Below the pieces are notes generated by a model that saw only the letters and a list, made by a program, of their open reading frames with translations, searched no databases and had not been told where the DNA came from. A DNA stretch of 36,937 nucleotides from positions 23,501,743-23,538,679 of the forward strand of contig NC_068995.1 of NCBI RefSeq assembly GCF_001194135.2. The letters are read 5' to 3'. Shown piece by piece: positions 1 through 12,059 of the stretch (position 1 is its first letter; each line of letters opens with the position of its first letter). This DNA comes from Octopus bimaculoides (lineage: Eukaryota). A program made the position numbers and the translations under genes.

Positions 1-33
<33 letters not shown>

Positions 34-864
34 TTTATATACTCACACACACATTCACTCATATATGTATGCATGCATTTAGGAGTAGTTATCTCTACTT
101 CAGCATCAGACAACGTAAAATGGAAGGGATGGATATCCCTTATGATATTTCTTCCATCCTAACCATAACCTTAGCCCTAACCTTGTGTTCATCGGTGGCC
201 TGCTCTAAATAAAATACGCAGTAAAGGTGCTGAGCAGTAATGTGCATAAATAAAAACTTGTTACCAGTTCGAATGTTCAGAGAATTATTGGAACACGTAA
301 GAAAGACATTCGCTGGATTTTTTGACGGAGAAAATTTGTCGCTATAGAAAACTATATGCAAACACACCCGGTCTGTTCGAAATAGCCTCTAACCAGATTG
401 ATGGATGCATGTATTTCGTAGTGATTATCTCCTCTTTAGCATCCGATACTGAAAAGGGAAACGCTACGAAGTGGCGAGAGATTAACGCTTATCGCTTCTC
501 CTGCGTTCATACACACATAATCTCACGCATACGCACAAACATATAAACACACATACCTGCATACGTACCTCCATTGGTATATGTCATGTATGTGTTAATT
601 GTGTGCGGGCTAGAGGGGTACTGCATGGAATTTACATCGATTTTATACAGGTTTCGTGAAAATTATTGATAAAAATCTTTATAAACATTGTTAAATTTGT
701 CGTTTAGCTCAAAGTGAGACACGACAAGTTTATCATTTACAATCCTGTAGCATATTTAGCGTGTAAGGTATGATATGTAGTAGAGGAGGCTGGTGTTTAG
801 AGTTAGTCGAGCCACGATATGCAGCATCCATCCTTGTATACTGACACTGGATTCAAATCTTACA

Positions 865-1046
865 GGAGGTAAGGACTTTCGTGCGAGTGGGTTACAACGA
901 AGTCAATTACAGCTAATCCATTATTCAACTGTTACTTATTTTGTCACTAAGTCGACTTTAGCGAAATTTGAACTCAAAACATAAAGAATGACGAAAAACC
1001 GCTGAACATTTTGCTCAGTCGACAGACGATTCTGCCAGCTTACCGA
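865..1046 (-). mobile_element. tRNA-derived SINE, family A (head ggcggcgagctggcag), degenerate
   Basis: Reverse complement of 951-1045 (gtcgactttagcgaaatttgaactc...gacgattctgccagcttaccg) aligns with the head and B-box region of the copy at 14429-14646. Confidence 0.75.
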
Positions 1047-1102
1047 CTCAATCGTTGTATTGTAATATTTAAAATTATTATTTTACCAAAATATGTAATA
1101 GT

Positions 1103-1104
1103 GA

Positions 1105-1172
<68 letters not shown>

Positions 1173-1203
1173 TCATCATCATCATCAGCAGCAGCAGCAG
1201 CAG
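1103..1203. repeat. Compound trinucleotide microsatellite (GTA)n-(TCA)n-(GCA)n
   Basis: Directly visible; it explains the poly-V/S/A ORF at 1011-1250. Confidence 0.95.
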
Positions 1204-1334
1204 CTAAAAGCACTGGTAAGTGTATTATTATACCAAATATGAAACTTTGAAAAAATATATCTTATTTTCAATTTCATTCTGGGTTTTTTTGGTGATTTAT
1301 TTCTCTAATTTTCTTATATACATATACATATGCA

Positions 1335-1366
<32 letters not shown>

Positions 1367-1401
1367 TACACACACGCACTTACACGCATACGCACACACA
1401 A

Positions 1402-1432
<31 letters not shown>

Positions 1433-2199
1433 CGTATATACTTTTTTATCTTCTTTCTGTCGCTCTCACATGAATCATTGTCTTTGAGACATCAGAAATC
1501 ACCGGAGACGCCTGGCAGCAATTATGACTGATTGGAAATTACTTTAGCAAAACTCTGGGGAAGTATTCCAGCCGGTCATTTAATTGGTTTTCTCGGATAA
1601 AGTGTCTCACTAGTGATTGATTCACCCCGGGCAATAACGTCTCCTTTTATTTCTTCATCACATCAGCAGAGCCTCTAATTTTCTAGCAGCGGATTAGTTG
1701 CCTATATTTTTAGAGAAAGAGAGTGGGAGGCCACAACCATCTCCAGCGTTCTTCCTTATTTTAACTCGGTAGGTTGCGTTCGTTATACCAATGTTTGAAA
1801 GTATTACAAATGTATGTAAACTTGCTTTGCCGTACAAATGTGCTTAGATATATCTGACTTTATATGTATTTTTTATCAACTCTACCGAGTTTTCTACATT
1901 TATAAGCATAATTCTCTTGCTTATGATATTCTTGCATTGAGCACATTGGTTTGTTTATCTCAACTTCCTGACTGTGAGCAATACTCTGTGTGTATGTGTG
2001 TCTGTCTGTGTGTGCGTACGCTTGCGCGCGTTTTATATGTATTTATTTATACAGAGCATATATACAGATATGTGGGGAATATATATATATATATATATAA
2101 TTTCTTTATGTTCACTACATTTACGTGCTGAACATTAACCATCCATCAAACCGCTGTTGGTTGAACAGGTGCCCGGTATATCACTCGTGAAGTGTCGAA

Positions 2200-2335
2200 G
2201 TGATAGCAGAATGATGCGTGACAAAGTGTTTTGCTCATGAACACACTGAATCACACCTAGCCAGGAATTGTAAACACGGTCTGGCGACCCTGAATGTAGA
2301 TTCATAATCAGAGGCCATATGCACCCGATAGATTG
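2200..2335 (-). mobile_element. Degenerate tRNA-head SINE (third family)
   Basis: aaagtgttttgctcatgaacacac...ccaggaattgtaaacacggtctggcgacc...gaggccatatgcacc reads in reverse as a tRNA-like head followed by a gtgttcatgagcaaaacacttt core-type segment. Confidence 0.55.
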
Positions 2336-2344
2336 TTGACCGGT

Positions 2345-2487
2345 GACTATCAATTTTTTTTCTCCGTGTTTTTCTCCTTGTTTTCTCCGTATTCTTTCTG
2401 CTGAAGAGCGTAGCTCGAAACGTTAAAGACTTTCCGTATTCCCGAGCGTTAAACTAATACATCCTTTTGTTGTTTACACAACCTGTC
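2345..2487 (+). mobile_element. Penelope-like terminal repeat remnant with degenerate hammerhead-like motif
   Basis: tcttt-CTGCTGA-a-gagc(gta)gctc-GAAAC-GTT-aaaga at 2393-2429 has stem I, stem II and a palindromic ACGT stem III. The sequence runs into a gap at 2488. Confidence 0.5.
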
Positions 2488-2984
2488 NNNNNNNNNNGTT
2501 TTCTTCTTATTGAAAAAGTTTTCTTTCAAACAGGCAGAAGTGAAACAACTTCGTAAGAAGTCAGGAGAATACAAAAAGAAAATATCAACAAAAAGTTGGT
2601 GTTTATATTTAAACTGGTAAAGACTAGACATTGGCACCACAAGACCATGAAGAGGTTCATTAGTATTGATAATTATGTTATGGCCTCTTTGCTTGTAAAA
2701 GAATTTTAGAAAAAAAAACAGCAGATCTAATAATTATAATAATTAAAGCCAACTCTAATAATATCTAAATTAATTTAAAATTAAGCTCAGGAAATAGTCA
2801 TTATACAGAAATAAACAACTTGCAGATATAACGCTGTCAGTTACTATATACAATCGAAGAAACAGTAGTAGTCTGTGAAAGCCGTCTCTCTGTCAGACGT
2901 TGATAACAACTTCATACTAGTTAATTTTAAAACTATGAGCCCAAGAAACATGATCGTGTACTGTACAGAATGATATGAAAATGA

Positions 2985-3200
2985 TGATAATGGTTTCTGA
3001 TTTCGATGGGAAGTCAGCAATTTTGACAGGTTGATTTCAGTTCATGACATCAACCCGAGTAATAGACTAATCTTATTTCATTAGATTCAAAGTGAAAAAA
3101 GGAAAAAAAGAAATCGGTGTGATTTGAACCCAGAAAAGCAAAAGAAATATAAGAAAGGATCTATTCCACTTCCTTAACGATTATGTCAATCCACAGATCT
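2985..3200 (-). mobile_element. SINE family A, highly degenerate
   Basis: Colinear similarity (cagcaatttt...gatttgaacccagaa...aacgattatgtcaa) to the minus-strand copies at 15555-16085. Confidence 0.45.
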
Positions 3201-3271
3201 TATAATAACGTTAATGTTTTTAAATTCTGGCCCAAAGCCAACGTGTACTTATTTTATAAATAGTATAATAT

Positions 3272-4620
3272 TGAAAGAAAGAGCCTAAGGTGGTAATGGA
3301 GAAACTGAAACAGCGCCTCGTTGCAAAGAAAGTAAAGGTGGTAAGATACGTCCAAAGATTGAAGGGTTACAACCAGAAAAGTTTATTCAGAGTAGATCAG
3401 AAGAGATTCTATAAAGAAATAAATGGAGGATGTACAGATGAAAAGTTGATACCAGATAACATTGAAAGTCAAAGATTTTGGAGTGACATCTGGTGCAAAG
3501 ACAAGGAGCACAAGAAAGATGCTGAAAGGTTGCAAGAACTGAAACAAACAGTAGCCACTCCAAAACAGGCAGAACTAGTCATTTCAGTTAGGGAAGTGAA
3601 GGAAATCAGCAAACAAATGAGCGAATGGAAAGCCCCGGGACCAGACGGAGTTCAAGGCTACTGGATCAAAAGATTTGGTGAATGTCATGCACGAATAACA
3701 GCGTAACTCAATATCTTGTTAAATGCCGACTAAGTAACACCAGAGTGGTTGACATTGGGTAGGGCAGTGCTGTGCTTCAAATACCTGAGCAACCCGGTAG
3801 ATGAAAATGGTGCCCAAATTAGGGGTTACCGTCAACGTACCTAAGATCAACTCTTGATAGACAAAACTATCTTAAGGGGTACGATATGATCCCACATTCT
3901 TGGATTATGGAATGTATGTACCTATTTGGTATTGCATCGAATGTTAAGCGATTGCTTGGAAAAAATGTGGCGAATTGGAAGACAGACCTGACAGCCTATG
4001 GAAGAAGTTTAGGGACAGTAGAAATCAGGAGGGGCATCTTCTAAGGGGACTGCCTGTCCCCATTGACCTTTGTACTGTGCATGATACCAGTAACTCTGAT
4101 TCTGAGGAAAGCAAAGCTGAGTATGTATTCAAAACCCGCCAACAAAAAGTCCACCACTTGTGTGGTGTGTTAGTCTTGAAGAGAGGCAAAATCAAATGTA
4201 TGGACGGGCTAGCGACACCATCGGGAGAAGAGGACTTATTGGATGCGAATATAGCATTAAAGCAGAAGAAAACTACATAGTATGTATGTAAAAAAATTCC
4301 ACAGGACCGCTATTATTAGAAGTAAGAAGGTCAGGCTTGTGTAGGATGAATGATTGCAAAGTTAAAGCACTGTACTAGCAATTAAAAACGAATGAAACGT
4401 AAAATACGTGGGTAAAGAAAAGAATGCATGGCCTGTTTCATAAGGATGTTGAAGATAAGACAGACAGAGAAATAAGATGGCTGTGGTGACTAAAAGTGAT
4501 TTAAAATCCGAAACGGGGGTTCTAATCTGTGCTGCCCAAGAGCAAGCACTAAGAATAAGCTACATGGAATACAGAATAGACAACACAACAGAAAGTGATA
4601 AGTAAACGATTGAAGGGACA
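3272..4620 (+). mobile_element. Decayed R4/Dong-clade non-LTR retrotransposon (reverse transcriptase region), with stops, frameshifts and internal deletions
   Basis: ORF 3290-3706 gives LFRVDQKRFYKE...FWSDIW...WKAPGPDGVQGYWIK. Downstream frames give DQLLIDKTIL, YDMIPHSWIMECM, RRGIF*GDCLSPLTFVLCMIP, CGVLVLKRGK, MHGLF and ETGVLICAAQEQALR. These are R4/Dong RT and post-RT motifs. The YMDD segment is deleted. Confidence 0.9.
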
Positions 4621-5429
4621 AGTGCAAACAATTTTGGCAAGTGAAAATACAGTTCATATGGCAGTTCGGACAATCGCAGCCAGTTGCGACAACTCATCAG
4701 CTGAATTCGGCTTTCACTACGCTGTGTTCCCCTGTCTGATAATCGTGCCAAATCATCGAGGTAGGCATCAAAGGTAGCTGTCTCCAATCAGCCACTCATC
4801 CTAAACAATTCAGATAACTGTCATTGGGAAACCGGACTCATCAATTTAAAAACAGACAGCACATATCCACCGTGGTACGCAATAAATCGATTCCTAGTTT
4901 TGTTGTCATGCTGTGCTTCTACTAACCAGACAAAACATAAATTTACCGTCTTTACGTTTCAGCGATCGAATTGAAAATGGTTAGGATTTGCTTTGAAAAC
5001 AATGTATTCAGCATATCTTGTATAGAAAGCCTATTCTAGAATTTAGCTAGGTCTGATCGCTGATCTTCGCTGGATGTCTTTATCCCCTGAAATGATGACG
5101 TATGTCTATATACATATAGTTCCAGTGAAAATACGGATGACAGAAATAATCATAAGATAGATAATATATACAAGTGTATAGTTTCCATAACTATAACAAT
5201 TTTTAGTTATTGAATATGGGATAGATATGGTACACATGTTAATCATAATTTTAACAAACATAGACTAATAGTAAGTTATTGTAAGTTATTGTTTGCGATG
5301 AGAGGTGAATATACATCTCGTTCAGTCTGATTTAGCAGATAAAATTCACTTAATTGTATGTAAAGTATATAGATTTCTATTAGCTTCAAATATAGAATTT
5401 TGTGCTATTGTTAGAATTCAGTATGAGCG

Positions 5430-5471
<42 letters not shown>

Positions 5472-5929
5472 GTTTGTGTAAGTCTATGTATGTATGTATG
5501 TATGTATGTTTGTATGTATGTATGTATAAATGTATATATGAGTGTCTGTGTGGATTTATATAAGTACAGGTATATGTATATGTATGCCTGCAAAGGAGAG
5601 GATTGTGTTTGGATATTTGTTAAGTGGACAAGGACTGATGTATCGTGAATTATATTGTGGCTGCAGATTGAAATTCATCGTCCTTCTGATGTAGATGAAT
5701 TAAATCGCTTGCACTTTCCTATGTGATAGCATTCCAAAGTTTGCGGGAGTAAAGTAATTCCGAACAATCGTAATATAAATTGATTCGTGGCGTGAAATAA
5801 ATATCTGACAGAACCGTGAAGATGACAATGACAAATGAATATGCAGATAAAGCAATTACAAGAGTTTTGTCGTTAACTTTGTACGCAAATGGCGGGTATT
5901 TCTCCTTCAGATACATAATTGAATCTAGC

Positions 5930-6540
5930 AGTTTAAAGGCTTAGTAGAGATATCAGTTCAACAACAGCAGTTAAACGTGTTTAGTAAATATCAGTTCATA
6001 ACCTACAGTGCAAATGGTCTACGGACAAATCTGTTGATAAACAAAGGCTTACAGCCTTAAGTAAAGATAACAGTTCAGAAGCCACTATTTAATAGATTTA
6101 AAAGAGATAAAAGTTCAAACTGATTAACATATTAGAAGATATATCAGTTCCTACATTAATGGGTTTAGTAAAGCTGTAAATTTGAAAATAATAGTTTAAT
6201 AGGTTTTAAATATGGCAAATTATATATATTTTAATGGCTTTCGTAGACATCAGTTCAGAAACAGGTTTTTAATGGGAATGATAACATTGAAAAACAATGG
6301 CTTAAGGGATTTAATAGATATTAAATGAGATGCAACATTTTAATGGTTTTAATAGGAATATCAGTTAAGAGACATTTTAATTGATTTAGCTGAAATTTCC
6401 GTTGAGACACGATGAAAGGGTTTAGTGATTTAGTAAGATATTCCAGTTCAAAAATACATGTTTAATGAGGTTTATTAGTTCAGAAATAACATGTACAACG
6501 GTTTGGTAGACATGAGTTGAATGGCTCAGTAGAAAACACC
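5930..6540. repeat. Degenerate minisatellite, unit about 35-40 bp (consensus-like tttaatggtttagtagatatcagttca)
   Basis: (at)atcagttc/cagttca recurs at about 5950, 5989, 6071, 6142, 6250, 6359, 6446 and 6478, usually preceded by tttagta or tttaatgg. Confidence 0.65.
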
Positions 6541-6879
6541 TTTTAAAAATTTCACCAAAGGGAATCAACTATCTTAGAAAAAATGATAGCTGCATGCTAA
6601 CAAGCTTTGGTGCATAGTTATTCTTGTATGTAAAAACAAAAAACAGCTGCACGCTAACAAACTTCGATACGTAGTTATTCACGTATGTTCGATAAAAACT
6701 GTCCAACTACCCATGTACAATGCTCAATAACTGAAACTGGCGTCAGCGTTATAACCAAGTCCCAAATACATGTGCAGGGCTATTATATTGTTGAAATGAA
6801 TGTCGCACCTTCGACCATTTCATTAAAACATCAAAATGAAACTGTTGTAAAACATGATTCTTTTTTCTATTTATAACGT

Positions 6880-8245
6880 ATTTTTTTCTATTTATAGCAT
6901 CAGATTTAATCTTTCGGCGACTCTTCATGACTGAAACTGCACCTTTACTTAGCTCAAATACCATATATCCATGATAAATATTATCATTTGAATCAGAGAA
7001 ATCCAGGTTTTTAATTTTTTTTTTCGCGTACAAAATCAAGTCATAGAAATATAGCAGGTGATTTATATTTATCTTGGTTTCGACAAGCACATAGACAAGA
7101 CTAGATTGAATGTGATAAAATGTTGGAGGCAGGAAGGCCAGATATAGTAGTTGGCTACAAGAAAGTGGAAGAGATACCATACCATTTAGCTGCTCTGGCA
7201 AACCACATTTCTCAGACATCCTCCAGTGGCAACATTATCATATCGTCTTTTGTACTATGAGGCCGCAGCAAATAATAATTTCTAGAGTATTAGGCTTATA
7301 ATTATTGGCTTCCCCCACCCTGTATGCGTTCCATATCTTATATATTCAGTAAGGAACGGCTGTATATAACTGAGTGATTCTGAAACCCTGAGCACCATTT
7401 GGTCCAAAGGATTTCCAGTTTAGCACTTCTTTAAGCATCTTTTCTATTTTCCCATCTGTAATATAGATATTTTATACTTTTTTCTTTGTTTTATCTAATT
7501 TCTTTTGCTGGACTTCACCAGAATGATTTCGGCAGGAAGGCCAGATAATGTAGTTGCCAACAAGAAAGTAAAAGACATCCCGTACCATTTAGCTGCTCCG
7601 TCAAATCCGCAGTTCTCAGCTATCCTTCAGAGGTAACATTATCATATCGTCTTATTTCCTCTCTCTGTACTAACTTAACCCATCCGCTTACAAGATGGCT
7701 GACCATTTCTCCTCTTTTTGAACATATTCTACACAATGGTGATTCATTCGCGTTGTCAGCAAGATGCAGTTAGTTCGGAGACGTCTTCCTGGGCACTGCA
7801 TACCAGAGTTTCAGTGAATCTTTTTCCCATCACCATTTCTAAGCCACGAGCAACTCTTATACCAACCAATGCCTAACTTATCTCAAGTGTGCTGCCTGTG
7901 CACAAGTTTGTCTTTCTATTCCTCTTTTCAAGTTCTTTTTTCACTTTCCTATTGCATTCATTCGGTGCTTTTGCATCCGATTTTCGCGTTTGAGATCCCT
8001 TATTTTTGACATGATGTTACACTTTACTCTTATAAAGTACTGCGCAGTTTGTTTCTTTCGCTTTTTGCACAATTTGCACAACGTTTTAGTCCTTTAACTC
8101 TTTTTCCTTTATCAATATAAAGTCTTGCAGCATCACTCCTTTCGTGGAGTTCTTTATGCTCTGTCATCAGTTTCTAGTTTTCCCAACGATACTTTCTAAT
8201 TTGTCTTTCCTCAATTTCATAGCACCTGCACATACTTCCAAACAC
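6880..8245 (-). mobile_element. Scrambled mosaic of R4/Dong-clade LINE fragments
   Basis: Minus strand: KLMTEHKELHERSDAARLYI (~8100-8170); ESPLCRICSKRGEMVSHLVSG zinc knuckle (~7690-7750); RRYDNV..AAKWY twice; KMLKEVLNWKSFGPNGAQGF (~7385-7445); KININHLLYFYDLILYAK..ELSKGAVSVMK (RT, 6920-7070). Plus-strand inverted endonuclease pieces AGRPDIVVGYKK (7128-7165) and AGRPDNVVANKK (7531-7568). Confidence 0.85.
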
Positions 8246-8413
8246 AAACACTTCTCATAATGTTTTCATTACATCAACAAATGTGATACGAACACACTTT
8301 AACGTGATCCTAAATATTCAAGTCATATATAATGCCATAAAAACAAAACCTGAATGTTATTATAGTTTACAGAGAGAATATAAATAACAGACTTAAGAAG
8401 GAACTACTTGTGA

Positions 8414-8715
8414 AAATACCTGGAAATAGAGGTAACTCGAATGTGGAATCTAAAACAGAAACAATTCCTATCATAGTAGGTGCCTTAGGTATAATAAAAA
8501 ATATTCAGACAAATACATAACAAGAACACCAGGACTTACAAATATATATGACATACAGAAAATTGCACTACTGGGCACTGCACACATCCTACGCAAAACA
8601 CTTTCAATACAGTAACCATAAGAGCATCACAGCAAACCACAGCACATACCCAAGGCACACAGAGCTGCGCTCGGTAGTGAAGTGAAAGCACGTTATAAAA
8701 ATAAAACTACTGAAC

Positions 8716-8760
<45 letters not shown>
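8414..8760 (+). mobile_element. 5'-truncated R4/Dong-like LINE 3' end with (TAA)n tail
   Basis: LEIEVTRMWN..ETIPIIVGALGI..IQKIALLGTAHILRKTLSIQ* is the C-terminus of a restriction-like endonuclease. A short 3' UTR and (taa)n follow. Dong elements are known to target TAA repeats. Confidence 0.9.
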
Positions 8761-8790
<30 letters not shown>

Positions 8791-8862
8791 AAGAAGAAGA
8801 AGAAGAAGAAGAAGAAGAAGAAGAAGAAGAAGAAGAAGAAGAAGAAGAAGAAGAAGAAGAAG
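8716..8862. repeat. (TAA)n followed by (AAG)n microsatellite
   Basis: Directly visible. Confidence 0.97.
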
Positions 8863-9169
8863 ACTGAAGTAATTAATATATGAATTAATATATGAAATAG
8901 AGGTACATGAATGATTCTCTGGAGTGATAGAGATAGAATGAGGCATGTCACCTCACCACTAGACTGAAACAGCTGTAAGTCATTATCCCATTTTCTGTCA
9001 CTATATGTCATTTCTTAATTACTGGTATATTTTTATTATTGTCCTTTTAGTAAACAAATAAACAAGTAAATTGACACAATACAATGTATGCAAGTTGATG
9101 AATACCAACTATTTCACTCCATTTTCTTATTGCTATATAAATTATTGGTAAAATATCTTTTACCCCTAC

Positions 9170-10220
9170 CCATTTATTGCACTCGATAATACAAAGAAAA
9201 AAGCTCACCCAGGTTCCTATTAATTTCTTCCCGCAGTACGACGGGGGGAACAGAATTTCGTTGCCCTCCAAGGGCTGGCCCGCAAAATTGCGAGCCTCCT
9301 CCCGGGTGTCAAACAGCAACCATATGGTTGCATGCTTGACACCGCGGGATATGTATTTCACAGAGGACAAATGGTCTTTCAGTTCTTTTTCTATAGTTGG
9401 TTTTGAGAAAACGGTGTTGCTATCAAGAACTTTAGGGTAAGTTCTAACCACTACCGTCCTCTCCTCCATTTCTTTTAACCACTGCTTGGGTGGGATAATT
9501 TTCCATTCCAAGACAGGGTTCTTCTTTTAAGTTCCTTTTCTGCTATGTCTAAAAAACAGTTCAAAAACAGTTCACAAAAACAATCCACCAAAAATTAATA
9601 AAATTAGAAGAAAACAAGATAAAAGAGAAGAAAAAACTGAAATTAAAATAATGAGAAAAAGAAGAGGGAACCGAAATTTAGAAAAAAAGAAAAAAATGAG
9701 AGAAGGGGAAAATAAAATGAAAAAGAAAACGATGCACACCAATAAAACCGACAAGGAGCCCAGGTAAATCCAATAGTCAGGGTTCTTCTCGTTTGTATTC
9801 CAGCTTAGATAAACTCCACAGGGTAAAATCTACAGGGTACAACTTTTTCCGGCGAAACACGCCTACCAGAATGCACAGGTTATTTGGCGAAAAAACGCCA
9901 CACAGAATTTTACTGAAAAAAAGTTTTCAACAAAATTCTCAGTCTGCCGTTATGGTGGCTCGAACACACCCATCAGTAATGAGGAGCACAATATTTTGGC
10001 TCGCTAAAGCGAGTTACAATTTAAACTTAAGGCAGACGAAATTGCTCCAGAGCTAGGCAGGAACTTACTGAAAAAAAGAAAATTCCCACCCAGCTCGGAG
10101 GACAAAAGGACGACTCACCTTGCGGACTTTTCATTTTGTTATTTTTTTTTTCTACTCACGCAGCCGAAACTCGCATCTTCTCTCTCTGTAAGCAACAGAC
10201 CAACTAGCGACGGATGCGCC
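9170..10220 (-). mobile_element. 5' UTR plus N-terminal ORF1 (RRM-like) of an L1/Tx1-like LINE, 3'-truncated
   Basis: Frame 9511 to ~9200: EERTVVVRTY..IEKELKDHLSSVKYISRG..ATIWLLFDTREEARNF..LFPPSYCGKK has an RRM-like pattern resembling LINE ORF1. The stretch is CpG-rich relative to its flanks and has ~700 bp of UTR-like leader. The track start codon at 9511 is TTG, not ATG. Clade assignment is from memory. Confidence 0.55.
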
Positions 10221-10261
10221 GTTCGTAAGCAAGCTACTTACCACACATCCATTTCTACGCC
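10221..10261 (-). mobile_element. Isolated 41-nt head of SINE family B
   Basis: ggcgtagaaatggatgtgtggtaagtagcttgcttacgaac matches 34 of 41 nt of the head at 12315-12355. Confidence 0.85.
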
Positions 10262-11098
10262 TATATATATAATACAAGAGAGTGACTTATATTCCATCGC
10301 TCACTGGAACATAGTATATACCTGATAACTAAAATTGAGACTTTTGGGAGATGCCCACTCATCACGAAGTACATCCTCAAACTGTATCCTCGAACTACAG
10401 AAAATTTTCAAGCAACGTTATGACATTTTATAATATTTAATACTATAGTTATTAATTTTTATTAATCATATTAATCTTATTAAATTATATATATGTATAA
10501 TTTATGTATAGTCCCATGCATGTGTGCAGTGATATGCATGTATATATATGGCCATATTTGTGCGTATGTGTGCATACGCATGTACTTACAATTATGTATG
10601 TTCATATACATTTATCTACTTTACATATATATGAAAAATAGATAAATGTATCTATCCATGTATACGAATTTTATAGTTTTATGCGTTTTTACACAAAACA
10701 TTTATGTACGAGAATGTCATTTCAATATATTTTATATATTTCTATAATTTCATTTCAATATATTTTATAGATTTTTATGCACTTTATATGCTATTGTCAT
10801 ATTATTCTCCACCAATTACTTACATATGTACATGCATATAAATATATATTCATTACATACGCATTTACATTATAAAATTTTCATATGTTTGATAATCTTT
10901 ATGCATTACTATAGGTTTTAAGGTATGTATATATTCAACACACAATTCTATTTTCAATTTTTCAATATTTTTACTCCCTGTTCGTTTCCTACGTATTAGT
11001 TTGTATTTATTTGTTTATTTACTTATATCATTCACTCATTTATTTATATATCTATCTCTACATATACACGTGTGTGTGAGGAGTGTGTGTATGTATAA

Positions 11099-11155
<57 letters not shown>

Positions 11156-11234
11156 ATATACATATATGTATGTATATATATGTGCGTGCGCAAGTGTGTA
11201 GAGAGGTACTTTATACACCGCACACGTATAAATC

Positions 11235-12024
11235 AGAATACAGTCAGCCCCAGTGCATTACAACTTGCGTGTCTTGTACTGCGTATGCCCAAGCTGACTA
11301 AAGACTTGTGAGTGAATTCGATTGGCGGAAACCGAGAACAAAATTGTCGTGTATATTTATATATATATAGAGAGATTTAACATTGCTATATATATATATA
11401 TNNNNNNNNNNNNNNNNNNNNNNNNNNNNNNNNNNNNNNNNNNNNNNNNNNNNNNNNNNNNNNNNNNNNNNNNNNNNNNNNNNNNNNNNNNNNNNNNNNN
11501 NNNNNNNNNNNNNNNNNNNNNNNNNNNNNNNNNNNNNNNNNNNNNNNNNNNNNNNNNNNNNNNNNNNNNNNNNNNNNNNNNNNNNNNNNNNNNNNNNNNN
11601 NNNNNNNNNNNNNNNNNNNNNNNNNNNNNNNNNNNNNNNNNNNNNNNNNNNNNNNNNNNNNNNNNNNNNNNNNNNNNNNNNNNNNNNNNNNNNNNNNNNN
11701 NNNNNNNNNNNNNNNNNNNNNNNNNNNNNNNNNNNNNNNNNNNNNNNNNNNNNNNNNNNNNNNNNNNNNNNNNNNNNNNNNNNNNNNNNNNNNNNNNNNN
11801 NNNNNNNNNNNNNNNNNNNNNNNNNNNNNNNNNNNNNNNNNNNNNNNNNNNNNNNNNNNNNNNNNNNNNNNNNNNNNNNNNNNNNNNNNNNNNNNNNNNN
11901 NNNNNNNNNNNNNNNNNNNNNNNNNNNNNNNNNNNNNNNNNNNNNNNNNNNNNNNNNNNNNNNNNNNNNNNNNNNNNNNNNNNNNNNNNNNNNNNNNNNN
12001 NNNNNNNNNNNNNNNNNNNNNNNN

Positions 12025-12059
<35 letters not shown>

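Noticed and set aside
2533-2620. Possible exon AEVKQLRKKSGEYKKKISTK after a good acceptor
   Set aside because: Donor ambiguous, adjacent to a gap, A-rich composition explains the Lys-rich frame, and no recognisable homology.
2871-2900. gtct..gtcagac possible hammerhead relic
   Set aside because: Core and stem II are deleted or unrecognisable; too degenerate to claim.
5930-6540. Possible CRISPR-like repeat-spacer array
   Set aside because: Eukaryotic context, degenerate tandem units without unique spacers, and no cas genes.
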